Notes: generated by a model not told the origin, from the letters alone. 43,772 nucleotides of DNA from Catajapyx aquilonaris (GCA_000934665.2 KZ538861.1:1-43772), one strand, 5' to 3'; shown: positions 24,701-38,288, numbered from the stretch's first letter. Numbers and translations: made by a program.

Positions 24701-27700
24701 AGTTAGGTTCGTGTCACCCATGCCTGGACCAGCTCTGTTGCCTTATCTCTTCAAGCCCTCCTGAACGACCCTAGCCATTTGGAACCGGAATTCCACTTGG
24801 ACATCTCCATTTTGAAAGGGTCAAATCCTCGTCTCGAGACCCGCAATGGTCCAGCATGGCACTGTAATTGCGGGAAGCACAAGTGGTGTAGCCAGTGGGA
24901 GAAATAACACTGGTGTTTGGGCACAATAGGTGAAGGAGGGACAATCCAGGCAAACTGAGTCGAGTCTAAAGAGCTGACCCGGGAGTAATCAAGCCAAAAA
25001 AGAATGGAGAGACTCGCCATCTCTATCAGGGAAAAGAGCAATAACTATAACCGCAGTCACTAGCCACAAAGAAGCCTTTTCATTCTCCACCATCTCCCTA
25101 CCCCCCCCCCCCCNCCCCCCTGAAAACGACAGGGGCTTGCGGTATACGAAAAGGTTAAAAAAAGAGGGAAAAGTGAGCTAAAAGAGCGGCTTCCGAGTTG
25201 GAGGGGGCCAAAATGGGGGAATATTGACCACGTCAGTTCCTGCTCCAATCTGTTGGAATGCATCCAATGGAGAGGCTTTTCCTGCACTTCACCTCGCTGC
25301 TTGCCCCCATTTGACTTCACGGCCCTCAAGATGCCAAACTTTTTTTATTATTGGTGGGAGGGGGTGGTGGTTGGGTTAGGGTTATGTTCGACTAGGGATA
25401 ATTGACCCCATTTGCTACCTAGGATATATAACTTATATATTTTTTTCAAGAAGTGTAAGTAGGGTAACTCACAGTTGGCCTACAGCATTAGTAGAATGAT
25501 AATAACTAGAGAGCATGGATGTTTGTCACTAATAGCTTCACTTACAATATTACTGCATAGTAAGCCAAATTTTAGCCACTTTGAAGTAGATCAGTTGGGG
25601 TCAAATTAAACTCATATTGTACTGTGCTGTTGTTTTCCTCCAATATTTATTTTCTGTCTCTATGAGAGATGTTTGTGGGGTACTTGTTCAGAACCATATG
25701 TTTCTAATGTCGATTCCTGCAGCAGGAAAGGCAACACTGTTTCTACCTTTTCCCCATTTCATTATGCAGAGTTCCCTGTGATGTAAAACTACTTTGGTGT
25801 TTCCAGTCTAGCTCGAAATGCAGGATGTTACTTCATACTGAAATGCAGAGGCCTGAATTACTAAATAATCTTACTAGCTCAAATTCTAACTCAACTGTAG
25901 TAACAGTGAACTAGCGACAAAGAAATGTGGTGCCAAAAATGTCAAACTTCATTATAAGTCGTAATAAGTCGTCAGTTGATAGCCTCTTTTTGTGGCGAGT
26001 GAAGCGTTAAAAAACGAAACAGATTTTTATGGTTACCCTATGAGAAGTTCTTAACATTTCTCTTTGGTTTATTTTGGCTCTTGTCAGGGAAAACGTAAAG
26101 ACGTTAATTTTTTATTACTCTCCAACCTGGCACTTCTTTCTTGATTATTACTTTGACCTTTAATTTCCAAAGTTTTACCTCTTACTAGAAAATGTAATTT
26201 GTTCTGAAAGTAAAACGTACTCGATAAGCATTCCGGGCATATTAAAAAGTTTTTCCACTAGAATTTTTAATCGTTCAACAGGATACATAGGCCATAGGCC
26301 TACTTGTGAAACTTTCTGAAGCAATTTCCCAGTGTTTGCCAAGGTTACCTGACAGAATGGAACTCCCCCAAAAAATTTATGCGTTCTTAAAAAAAAGAGC
26401 TTTTAATAAAACGATTCCTCTGAATCCAGTGGAAATGGGTTTGTTGATTACGCGCGAGGCAAGGTTTCTATTAAGGTGAAGCTGCATTATGACCAGCAAC
26501 ATTGGAATTCAGAACTCGTAGGTATTTGCCAACATAAGCCAGGATTCTATTGTGCGGAGGAATTCCCCTTTCTCGTTCCCCGCTTCTTTTTAACCTCCTC
26601 TCTTATTTTACCATTGGCATCAAAACCACCTCAGATGCTGCATAGCTCTGTCTCAAGCATTTCAGAGTTTCCTAGAATTCCACAAAAATACACAATGCTT
26701 GGGATAAAGCGGCGATATCGGGGAGAGTAGTAATGAAATTCACCTTGGTATGCTTTGGTTTATGTGGAGAAGAATGCAGCCAAATCGGAGCCGGCACTTG
26801 CTGGGTGATGGCTTTATTATCGCTGATGCCGTGTCATATTTGCTGTTTTGAATGCGTTAAAAATAATAATAGAAAAAAATGAATAAATTTGGTCATACTT
26901 TTACGAAAGTAATGTAAACGCCGAATAATGTGTACAGTATTCATTACAGTACAACACCCTATACACAAATGAGTTTTTCAATTTACTTCTAAAAAGTACT
27001 AGGCTCCTTTGCATGCTTCTTTATCTCTAGAACAGGACTAAAATGACGGCTGGAGATAATAATTACTAAAACGCCGAGTATTCATCTTTTATTTATGGCA
27101 CCATCTCTCTCAAGGGACCAACTAGCGTCCCTTCCTCTATTCGGTATAAATAATGCAAGTGTTGCATTTGCAGATTAACAGCAGCTTGGGCATACGCTCC
27201 GAATATTTATATCTGCAAAACAATGTTGAGAAAGGAGTGGATTCTCTCCAAACTGAATGCACTTTGGATCAAAAGGGTGGAATTGGTGGGAGGAGTGGGG
27301 GTCAGAGTAAGCAGCTGATGCATAGGAGGGTCCGGTTGATTTTCCTTTCTATTATATTGGCCACAGCCCAAAGTCGACATTCTAACAATAACAAGAAGAC
27401 CATTAAAAGCAGGAACGTCATTAGAAAGGAGTACGACAATTTTTGGCCAGACTTTTTAACAATGCTGATGCATTTTAATGGCCTACTTACTTATCTACTT
27501 ACCAGAGCCCTTAAAATAATTCAGCTTACATTGCCCAGAAATTGTTATATTACGCTATATAAACCTACAGGGTGTAATACTACGCATTAGACAGTAGGAA
27601 CTGTTAAGTAGTTAACTATTTTATGACCTGTTTGTAGTAAAGTGATACCAATGTTGTTTTTATGTGGTATAAATAGACTGGAGCTTGAACCATAACCATC

Positions 27701-27743
27701 TTACGGTGCTTTTCCAGAAGGGGTAGATCCGCTTTACGTAACA

Positions 27744-30700
27744 GGGTCATTTTCATTTTTTTGCGCAAATCCAGATATTTGTTTGTGAAATATGAAACCT
27801 AAACGTCATAGTTTTTACTTATACCACATGATTTGGAATCACCTGTAGTATTTTAATCCCGTGTTGGACATGATATGGTCGGAGAAGTTTAATTGATATT
27901 ACATATATTTAACAGTGGATAGTGGCTTCCTTTGTCACTTCTGTTACCATCGTGTGGATGTTTTTTTAAACCACTGCACTGTGTACGTAATCTTGAAGTT
28001 GTAATGCTCCCATACAGCGGAGAGCACCACTCTCGTGAGAGTATTATTTTTTATTTACAGGAAACATGAAATTCGGCTCAATTGTTGTGGATAGGAATGG
28101 CTGGTAACGAGAATTATTAAAATTTCACAAGGTTTCACTTACGACTCAGAGTTATGAAGCTCATGCTCATAGGTGTAATATTTTTTAAATACGTATGTAA
28201 GGCATCTGGGAGGCTTTCACTTACTATACTTTAATTAACAGTACCTCATACCACTCTAATGCTATGGTAAAGATTCACCTGGGTAACAGATGTGACATTT
28301 AGTAACAGATGTGACACCTCCTCATTTCAAGAAATGATGAATATGATATGGCACCATTAATGAGAGCAATGTGATTATGATTTAAATACAATTAGGCTGA
28401 ACAGCCTAACTTCTAGTCCGGACGCTAAGAGCCAATTTTGAGGCGAACCGTCCACTTTGTGAAGAAAGCATGAAATTTGGCATAAATGAGGCATAAACCT
28501 TACTTCAAATACAGATGTGGAGCCACGCGAGATTTTGCCCCGGAGGCGGGTTGGCTACCCTGAAGCGAGTGAAAAGTCTTTTTCTGAGCGAACTATGCTT
28601 CCTAGGCGGATATGTGCCAAACAAATGTTGTGGGGAAACATGTATCCTCCAAGAAGTTTATAGTAACTTTTCCACGTACGGTCCGTATTTTCGGAGCTAC
28701 AGCGACTTGAACCAAATTAAGGGACGAAAAACAAAGTCAACCGTGCATTGGTGAAATTTGGTAAGAATGTCCCTGAGACCATTCTCTTCCAATCCAGATG
28801 TGGCGCCACGGCCGTTTTCGACCTGGAGGCCCGTAATTGCGGGTTGGCTACCTTGAAGCCAGTTAGAAGTCTTTTTCTGAGCGAACTATGCCTCTCAGGA
28901 GGAAATGTGCCAAACAAAGGTTGTACAGAAACATGTACGCTACAAAAAGTATGAAGTACCTTTTCCACGTAGAGTCCTTATTTTCAGAGCTACAGTGACT
29001 TGAACCCACAGTCATGGAATTAAGGGAATTAATGGTCAACCATGCACTTTGGTGATGAAAGCATGAAATTAGGTAAGAATGTCCCTGAGACCATACTCTT
29101 CCAATCCAGATGTGGCGCCACCCCCGTTTTAGCCCCGGAGGCCCGTAATTGCCTGTTGGCTACCCTTCAGCGAGTGAAAAGTATTTTTCAAGTCACTGTA
29201 GCTCTGAAAATAAGGACTTTACGTGGAAAAGGTACTTATACATTATTGTAGAATACATGTTTCTGTACAACCTTTGTTTGACACATTTCCTCTTGAGAAG
29301 CATAGTTCGCTCAGAAAAAGACTTCTAACTGGCTTCAAGGTAGCCAACCCGCAATTACGGGCCTCCAGGTCGAAAACGGCCGTGGCGCCACATCTGGATT
29401 GGAAGAGTATGGTCTCAGGGACATTCTTACCAAATTTCACCAATGCACGGTTGACTTTGTTTTTCGTCCCTTAATTTGGTTCAAGTCGCTGTAGCTCCGA
29501 AAATACGGACCGTACGTGGAAAAGTTACTATATACTTTTTCGAGGATACATGTTTCCCCACAACATTTGTTTGGCACATATCCGCCTAGGAAGCATAGTT
29601 CGCTCAGAAAAAGACTTTTCACTCGCTTCAGGGTAGCCAACCCGCCTCCGGGGCAAAATCTCTCGTGGCTCCACATCTGTATTTGAAGAGTAAGGTTTAT
29701 GCCTCATTTATGCCAAATTTCATGCTTTCTTCACAAAGTGAACGGTTCAGACCCTTACCTTCCGGACTATTCTATTTGATGTCATAGTGACATAGTATCT
29801 GCTGTCACTGGGAAACCATACTCATACGCACGGTCCACGACTTTGGCGTATTATTAAGCACCATAACATCCATCACAACCATAGCTGGTTGCTTATTGTT
29901 GGTGACAATAATGGTCAACAGTCATGGGTGCTTACGAATATGCGGCTGTGATGATGAAATCAAACAGATGTTAGGCTGTTCTGCCTTATAGCATAATAGG
30001 TGTCATCATTCACATTATTTTGTTACCATGCCCGTCACATATGTTACTCTATGGTAGGTAACATACGTGACAGTAACAGACAGTGACAAATAATTGAATG
30101 TAGTATTTTTTTCCTCGCAGACTATTTCTTTTTATGAAAAGTTATTAGTACCTGAAGAGGTGGGACCTTAGTATGCAACAAGCTCAATTCAGCTTTGACA
30201 ATTATTACATGCAGTGAAATAGGATTTAAGAAGGTAACATACGTGACAGGCAGAAAAAATACGCAGCAACCTTGAGAGAAAACAGGACCCGCCTCCTCCT
30301 TGTCCAGCACTCATCTTCCAAGTTCCAACTGACATATGATTCCATCGCGACTGAATCTATGCTACACTTGGGCATTTTACTGCCCTATTTTGAGCTATTT
30401 CACAAGTTCCTACAAGGGTGCCAGTCAGATGGTAACAGAGTGTGACGGTGTCACGCTTCACATGCTTAAATTTGTAAAATTTAGTTAATATATGTTAAAT
30501 GACATGATATGTATCAACTTTGGGGTATCCAATGATAACAAGCGTAAAAAAAATTGGGTTCAAAAATCCGGGTACTGACACAGCTGTATGGAATTCACAA
30601 AGGACTAATCTTGCAATCGGCTTCACCTCATTTCCATACACTTTCCATCATTTTTTATTTAGTTACTTATGACTGAATGTATTCAAATCCATGTTTTTGA

Positions 30701-30827
30701 TATCAAATGAACACATATGAATGTCTCTTTCACGTAAATGAAAAATAACTTGCAGGATTGGTCACAGTTATTAATATTATTTTTTCTACATTGACACAGC
30801 AAATGCGCAAAAAAATGAAAATGACCC
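27744..30827. mobile_element. Sola2-like non-autonomous DNA transposon (24-bp perfect TIR, 4-bp AACA TSD), interrupted by a nested element
   Basis: Termini are AACA|GGGTCATTTTCATTTTTTTGCGCA (27744-27767) and TGCGCAAAAAAATGAAAATGACCC|AACA (30804-30827). Internal GTAACAnnnGTGAC-type motifs repeat at about 27933(-), 28282, 28302, 30034(-), 30057, 30233 and 30431. GRG termini with a 4-bp TSD fit Sola2. Confidence 0.75.
28414..29769. mobile_element. Academ-like fold-back non-autonomous transposon (1356 bp, TAG...CTA termini, TTC TSD, arms about 590 bp)
   Basis: Termini are TTC|TAGTCCGGA... and ...TCCGGACTA|TTC. Arms 28414-29004 and 29187-29769 are near-identical reverse complements apart from a short subterminal difference. 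Each arm has two related ~290-bp units and the spacer holds a partial third. This explains the mirrored ORFs 28515/29437, 28748/29243 and 28717/29223. Confidence 0.88.
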
Positions 30828-33800
30828 AACACCAGCCACTTCCTGCTCGTAATAACAGGAACAGTGACATTACGGATCTTCAGTCAGAAAATCAGTTGAA
30901 ATATTGTCGCTAATATGTGGAACGAGATTAAAAGCTTGACATAAAATATTGAACTACACATCCAAAAACACAATCATGTATACGTGTATTCGACATCATC
31001 GGGGTTTGCAAATTTTAAGCATGCGTGAACTTTACTTCTCAATTTTTAATTGAACCAAAGGTACCGTCCAAAAAACGTTTTGTGTGTGTGGATTAACATC
31101 TCCAACTAAATCCACGTTGCGAATCATGCACATCACTTAGCCTATACGTATATAGGCATATAGCTAATGCGGCGAAATACGCTGATTTTTTTGCATCGCA
31201 TTCCCAAATATTGCTTTAATTAACCTATAAAGCCTCTTTTCATCCGAAAACATGCAACGCTTTTACCTCAATCAATATACCAGGATTTCACCGGGTCCTC
31301 ATGTTTACAGAGCAATATACCGTACCGACACTTCTAATTCGCGATTATTACGTATTTCGCGAAAGTACGCGCTTCATTATGTAGCAGATCATACTGGGAA
31401 CATCACTAACAAATTACCGGGTTAATGAAGTCGTGTAATGCGATAAGACAAGCATCCTGTTTAGTTTTTACCAAAATTGCTTTTAATAATCCAACATCCA
31501 CCATGTCAAGAGCAAAATTAATTAGCCCGCCGTGTAAACAAGGGTTAAGTGTTTTGAACCTGTTTAGCAACTAGTTTTGTATTTTGGATCATGGAAATGC
31601 CTCATCTCCATTTCTCTCTATTTTCCAGTGATGCATCGCAAGTGAAGCGATCAGATGCACTCAGGCTGACATTCAGGTATGTTTCTAATCTTTTTTACAT
31701 ATCTGCCTATAATGACTAGTGCTCAGCATTATTTCAATTACTGCTCGTATCCGATAGTTCAAATATTTCAGTGTGTTGACCTATTTTGTGCGGATTATGT
31801 GCTTTTACATGCTCAATTAAGCTAAAAATAATCCCTGCCCTGGGTGTAACATCCATGAATCAAACATCAGTACCGCAAAGTAAACAAACCTAACTTAATA
31901 TTTATTCCACAATTTGCGACTGAGGGGGAGGTGGGGTAGGGGTCAGTGTTTGAATTACTACAGTGTTCCTACTGTCAACTCTTGATTTACGAGTAAGTGA
32001 TTATGAAACCTATCCAAAGCCTCAAAATTGTCCTTCCTGTATTTATTCGCAACCATATCCGTGTATGATTCACTGGTCCTGTGTCCATCCTGTAATATTA
32101 TTTTAACACCGGATCTGTTACTAATATAACGGCCTGCCAGATTCGTTAACTGCCTGCAGAAATCATGACTAAGGAAGCCAAAGTGAAAGTCCGTCCTATT
32201 TCCAAACCTGCTCTAAATGAGGCTCGTAGTCCAACTCTGCAAAGACACACATTTGAGAGCATTAGCCTTTCCCCCTCCCTCCCCCCCTCCATGGATCAAG
32301 GCAGTTTGGAATTTATTCGCTATAAGTCAGCGAATTTGCACTGGTCGGCTGAAGCCTGTGGGCAGTGTGTCCAGCAACGGCCTTCAGTACAGCACCCCCA
32401 CACGTACAGTCGCTGGCAACGCTTTAGCACCTGAAAGGACGTTCGACGAATGAGGCTGTTAGCATGACAAAGCTCTCGGAGGGCTCCAGAGTGGCCAATC
32501 CTAATCCAATATGTCCGGGAGAGTTGGGAGGAAAACCGCATCGGAGTGAGGCTCCGGTGGGGAAAAGTTGGTGGGGGGAAAAGGTGTTCCTTAGCAAGGG
32601 TCAATTAGGAGATCCCTGAGGCCACAAAAGTCCCCCCCNCACAAAACCCCCCCCCCCCCTTTCCACCACCTTCCCCATAGTATACTTTACTCGCCCTGCA
32701 GGAATCGGTTTACGTGTTCGTTGGGCATCAACGGTTGACTTTTAACGGTCGACGCCAACTTACTGGGCAGAGAGGAGTTTGGTCAGACCATCAGCATTCG
32801 TCAGACAGACCCCATCCCTACTCCCCACTCCGCCTCTCTCCAGAGGCCGTTCGCAATCAATCCGTTCCGATTCAATTAGGTCCGTGTCAGACAACATCTA
32901 CTTACGAGTCCGAGCATTGACCCGACCAATTTGACGCGACCCAATCATTGACTTGACTCCTTTTCATAACTGGGTTTTGGAGCCGGGGGGGATACGACTT
33001 GGGGATGTATAACCTCCACAATCTTATTTCTGCCACCAGAAAACCTCGTTATATTCCACCCTTTCCTTTCTTCCATTGTGTGACGTGTGTCGCGTTATGA
33101 AGTTGTCACCAGGCTTTGGACGCCTGACTATTGCAGATGACGAATGTCTATTACATTGCGTGTTCTGATTGTTACCGTGGATCTTTCCGAGTGTCAATTA
33201 TGTAGTCAATTGCATAGGGGTAGGCTACTTCTTATGTATGTGTAGCTGTGTGTTAAATCAACTTTTAAAACGATGGATCCTTTTGGATGATATTTAATAC
33301 AGTGCAGTTGTACAAACTCTCACGATAGTGGTCACTTCCCACTATCGCATGTCTCGAGCGCGTTTAGCCATTAAGTGAATAACACTTACAATTCAGTTTT
33401 GATAGATAAACACTGTCGTACATATGACAATTTACGACTAACTGTGGGTATTCAAAATGGGTCATGTTAAGGGTTTAGACACATAACTAAGGAGTGTCCT
33501 TGGATAATTCCTGCTACTATCTGAACAATCGGACAAGTAGGAGGGTAGTAAAAGTACTGTAAGGGCTGCTATTTCACGGCTCATAAACCCTGTCCACTCT
33601 GGAATGCAACACAGTGCCTGTAACTACACGCGACAATTTACAACACAGGGAGTTTTTAAAAAGTCCACAATTAAGTCCAATACTTAAGATTACGCCCTAT
33701 ATTTATTTAAAACTGAACAACTTTCAGCGGTTAATTATTTACTAAGCCCTCAATCAATGCATGCCAGAAGTATAACATTTTCAGTAAAAGTACAATATCA

Positions 33801-36800
33801 TCTTTAAAAGAGATAACATTCAATTAGAGGCAAATGGAAACTTTAGTGATGTGGATGATCTGAGTAACTAGACCTACTTTTGTGTTCGAGAAAAATTTAT
33901 GCGTTTAAGCGGCTGAATGTGTCCAAAGAGCATTCCAGCTACTCTTTATACCGCTTCTGATGTATAGGTTTAGTTCCAACCTGCGTACAATATTTATCTC
34001 CGCCTGATCTATTTATAGTCTGCGAGGGGTCATCCTTTAGAATATTTATTGTAACTGACCACTACGTGAGGGTCATTGTAATGCTATACATACGCCAGGA
34101 AAGCAGTCTAACATTCTACTACAGGTAACTGTGGTGTAATCCTAATCCTACAGTGAGAGAATTATTAAAGTTACACGTGTGTTAGTCCAATACCAATTTT
34201 CTCACCTTTAACTAAAGTTCTTGCTTTTACTGCCACAGATTATACAGCGGTTAACTAAATGATTACCTTGATCGTATTTTATTATCGTGTTATAACAGGG
34301 TGTTGTTTGCCAAAGTTGGCGATCCGAAAGGAGGGATGGTGAAGAGTTGATGGATTATTATTCATTCCTGCCGAGATGTAAACAAAGTCGGTTCCATTCA
34401 AAAAGTCAAAGTATGGCCCAAACCTTTTGCCGAGTCTGGACCGGAGATCGGAAGCTGCCCATGAGTGATAAATCCATCTATATATACCGGTACTCATCCA
34501 TTAATCCATCTAAACACCCCCCACCCCACCCCTCCCATGGATCGTCAACTTGGATCAGAGAAACCCTCTATAAAGTGATGCACCTGTTTTAGCTGTAGAT
34601 TTTTAATGCATTTGAGTGACAGTATTTTTTGACATTTTATAAAAGTAAAGTCACAATACTAATCTGTAAGTGACGCCAATGTTCGACCTCCAGAATGTCA
34701 CTATTGCTTTCATAAAAATATTTAAAAGATTACACGTACAATACATTGATTATACAAGGCTCCAAGTTTAAAGTCAAGCCCTGCTTTGTTTTGCAAAAAT
34801 ACAAAAAAAAACGAGAATGTTGTTAGTAAGGAAGGAGTTTCACCCCACTAAATCCGTTACAAAATCTGCATAACATTACTCCCCCGAAGGCTGTTCCAAA
34901 ATGAAACTCCCACCCTTGAGACTCTGAACTTACCCAAGAGATTAGCTAACTACCCAATAGGTTAAAGAATTCAGCAGTTGTGATCATAAGCAGCCAATAT
35001 CTGGAAAGCAACACTTGGAAATGAGGTAAGTTAAGTATGAAGCGCAACCAGCAACTGTCGACTACATTAAATGTTGTCATATGTTCATAAGAACTCTTCC
35101 TTACGTATTTTAGAGAAACTATTGAAACCCGTAGAATATATACGCAAGAAGTAACGATAAACGACACTTAGAGTGCTCTTAAGTTGAATCATTTTTAATC
35201 GATATTAACTACTAGACTCCAGATATGTGGCTTAAGCATTATTGGTTTGATTGATTGAGTGGCCTTTTAATGGCGGTAAGCATTATTGACAGTTGCAGCC
35301 TACACCACTTTTGATGGAAACTTAATCTCAAGGCTGGATCGAAGATGATGCGTCTCCACCAGTGAAAGGGAGGGAGGGAGGGAAGGAAAGAGGAGGGGTG
35401 GAGTAGCCAGCTGTCAAGAATCCTTCCATAATGCACACATCATGGAGAGGATCATTTCAAGGCATACGGTGTTATTCCAAGTTACTACCTACCATATAGA
35501 ATTCTAGGTGTTTTGATGTGTATACTCAGTGTTATTGACAGGTGTTTTTAAAAGCATGTCAAGCCCTGACATGGTCCAATTTGGCCAAGTCAATATGGCT
35601 TTTTTGCTCCTGAACACCCTTATCCTCCTCAGACACCGTTATTGCCATTAGAGGCCGTCTGTAAATTATGTCACAACGGTTCTTACTTTATTAGCACGCT
35701 CTGTCACACTCCTGTCAGAGAGTCTCTCTTGGCTCACCAACTGTCGCCTCGTCAGGTGCTAAATCTTCATACAGTCACCAGCGTATCTAAAAATTTGTGC
35801 AGAAATGACGTCTGTGATGTAATTTGATAGGTTTATGATCGATTTCCTGGTTTAGACTCCATTTACATGCGGTTTCAGGCACCAAGTATTTTTCGATGGG
35901 ATAAAAGAGCCGGGACTACTCATCAATGGGATGGGCAGCTAGGGATAGAGGACAGCATTGCGGTTGTGGATATATTTTTATAACTAAATATAACTGGAAG
36001 ATGATTAGGTATTGAGAGTTATACTACAGAGGTTTATTGTTAGGTTGATTTTTTGTGTTAAGAATAATTGTATTGCCTTATACGGTAAATAGCAATGTAG
36101 GCTGAATCTGTAGTGTATGGGATGGAAAATAGGGACATTAGGACATAATCATTTTTCTCCACATTTAAGACCATCTTGATCCTGCATTCTACAACATTCC
36201 ATATAAATGAGCAAATTAACATTAAAATCTGATGCTATCAATCAAGAGTGGATTCGTACAATGCAAGCCACTTGATTGAAAAGTAACTTAACAAGTTGAA
36301 TGGGCCACCCATTAGTGATAACGGCGCCCTTAATCGACCACAATTATTTACTAATCCCCTTTACTTTGTTTATAGCCCCATTAAAATGCTCTAGTGTGAC
36401 TTGAAAAGCTCGTTAACTGTACAGCAACGAGGATAACTCTGTTAATCACATCCTGGGTGAGGGACCAGAATCACAATGTGCGTTGGCCATTACTCGTGAC
36501 TGTCCACTTTCTTCATGCAATTTTACTGATAGAAACCAGCACTTCCACTGGAATCCCAATACCCACACGATCCGCAGACGAGTGAAATGACTGCACTCAT
36601 TTTGCATGCGGGCATAGTAAATGCAGTACGTGAATTTCCCCACGCATAGAATGTGATCTACATTGTTGCCTGTAGCAACGTCTCCTAATTCGCTGGCGAG
36701 CAGCCCTGTTTCCACAACCCAATAACACTCATACCAAAATAGTATATAGGTTGCAACTTACCCTAGCACCATCTATACTTTATTCAGGTCACTTCAATAA

Positions 36801-38250
36801 CACTAGCTCGCCATCTACTCTTATACCAAAAAAATACGACCTTCTTTTGATCGAACCACATCAATCACCCCCCAAGAAGTCTCTATACAGCTCTCTGCTT
36901 CTGCGGTGGCATTTGGTTAGTCACAAGTCTAGATGCATCCACGTTACTCTTCCAAAGTGTAAGTGTAATATATAGCCCTGAAGTAGAAGAGTGAATTACA
37001 TACTCCCTCCAAGCGTAGAGGAAGACGTATGCACGCAGGCACGTAGGGCAACGTTGTGGGACAAAATAATATCGCAAATGCACGTCAAGCGGTCCGTTCC
37101 GTGATGGAAATGGAGATGCGTGAAAGGTATCATATTTCAATCTCCTCCGCAGGCGGCCACTCCTCTACCCCTGCACCCCCCCCCCCCCGTTACCTCTCCG
37201 CCTTTTCTTTACGACTGGCGGAAGCGCCATAGAATTCCGCCTTCAAAGGGATAAAAAGTGCAAAGTTTGGCCATTTCGCATTCAGAACCGAATCACCAGG
37301 TTAGTTACGAAAGAGGAAGAAGGGGGCACAATGCTGCGTATTTTTTACTTCTTCAGAGGTGGAATTCTAGAGTTTGGCTTAATCCATCATCGCGTATATT
37401 ATGCATATACACGCTTGGTCAGGAGTTGTGACATGTCACTTATATAGTGCGGTTAGAAGAGGTTAGGTAAAAATGTGTGTCAAGCAAATCTACTTTGGAC
37501 TTGAAAAAGGGGTGCATGGGATGTTTCAAAAATCTATAAGATTTTCTGCAAGTTTCTTCATCCAGAGTTCATTCTGGATGAAGCGGGATGAAGAGCCTCT
37601 GCGTAACTTTCTTGGAAAGTGGCGTCCAAGGCGATCGCAGATGCTCAAAGTTTGACCACTTTTGACCATTTAGCTGCAAGAACCCATGGCCAGCATGTCA
37701 AATGACAAATTTATGGGACACCGAATATGACGATTTGGGATATTATTGCCTACGGCCAAGTTGAAAGGGACTTTTTCAATCCAGAATAGTGTCCCGATAG
37801 TCTATGAAGAATAAATCGCGATGTACGATGTGTTGAAATGCAATCGAATTGTTTACCTACGCTTCAATGAGTCATATTATAAATGACTGGCGAAAATAAT
37901 ATTTACAATAGTTGGTTGAGGTGGCAGCATCCCATCATCCCGCGTTGCCAGCTTGTCAGAGGGCTTCAACAACTAGGTGACATGATAGTGGGAAGGTAAA
38001 TATTTACGATTGCTGCCAGTAATTTTTACATTGCTACTAGTGGAAGAAACAATAACATACGGCATATACCGAATATTCGACAACCTGATGTGTCACCGAC
38101 ATATGACAGCAAAGCCGTCAACCTCTTCTTACTGTATTGTTCCTAACGGGAAGGGTTCAACATTGCCAATTGTTTAATATCCTCTTTACGAGGGCCAACT
38201 CAGAGCATCAACGCTTAATGCTAGCAATCATATCGTTGACGTTGAATCTG

Positions 38251-38288
38251 TATAAGTACAGGGTTAAGGTATCGTACCGGGTCAGAGT
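38251..38288 (+). promoter_or_regulatory. Core promoter: TATA box and Inr-like site of the secreted-protein gene
   Basis: TATAAG at 38251-38256 with TCAGAGT at 38282-38288, about 30 bp downstream and about 50 bp before the ATG at 38335. Confidence 0.55.

Noticed and set aside
28392..28416. Helitron-like 3' end (hairpin TTAGGCTGAACAGCCTAA followed by CTAG)
   Set aside because: The CTAG is created by the TTC TSD plus the TAG terminus of the nested element, and the hairpin belongs to an internal inverted repeat of the outer element.
28515..29676. Set of similar ORFs on both strands suggesting a gene family
   Set aside because: They are by-products of the tandem and inverted modules of the fold-back transposon and show no transposase motifs.
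31526..31547. piggyBac-like right end (...GTGTAAACAAGGG-TTAA)
   Set aside because: No matching left TIR found in the window.
36560..36680. LINE C-terminal zinc-finger-like remnant (HVLHLLCPHAK, minus strand) and a second X-box-like GTTGCCTGTAGCAAC at 36665
   Set aside because: The ligand set is incomplete across frames and the X-box is isolated with a 3-nt spacer; neither is supportable alone.
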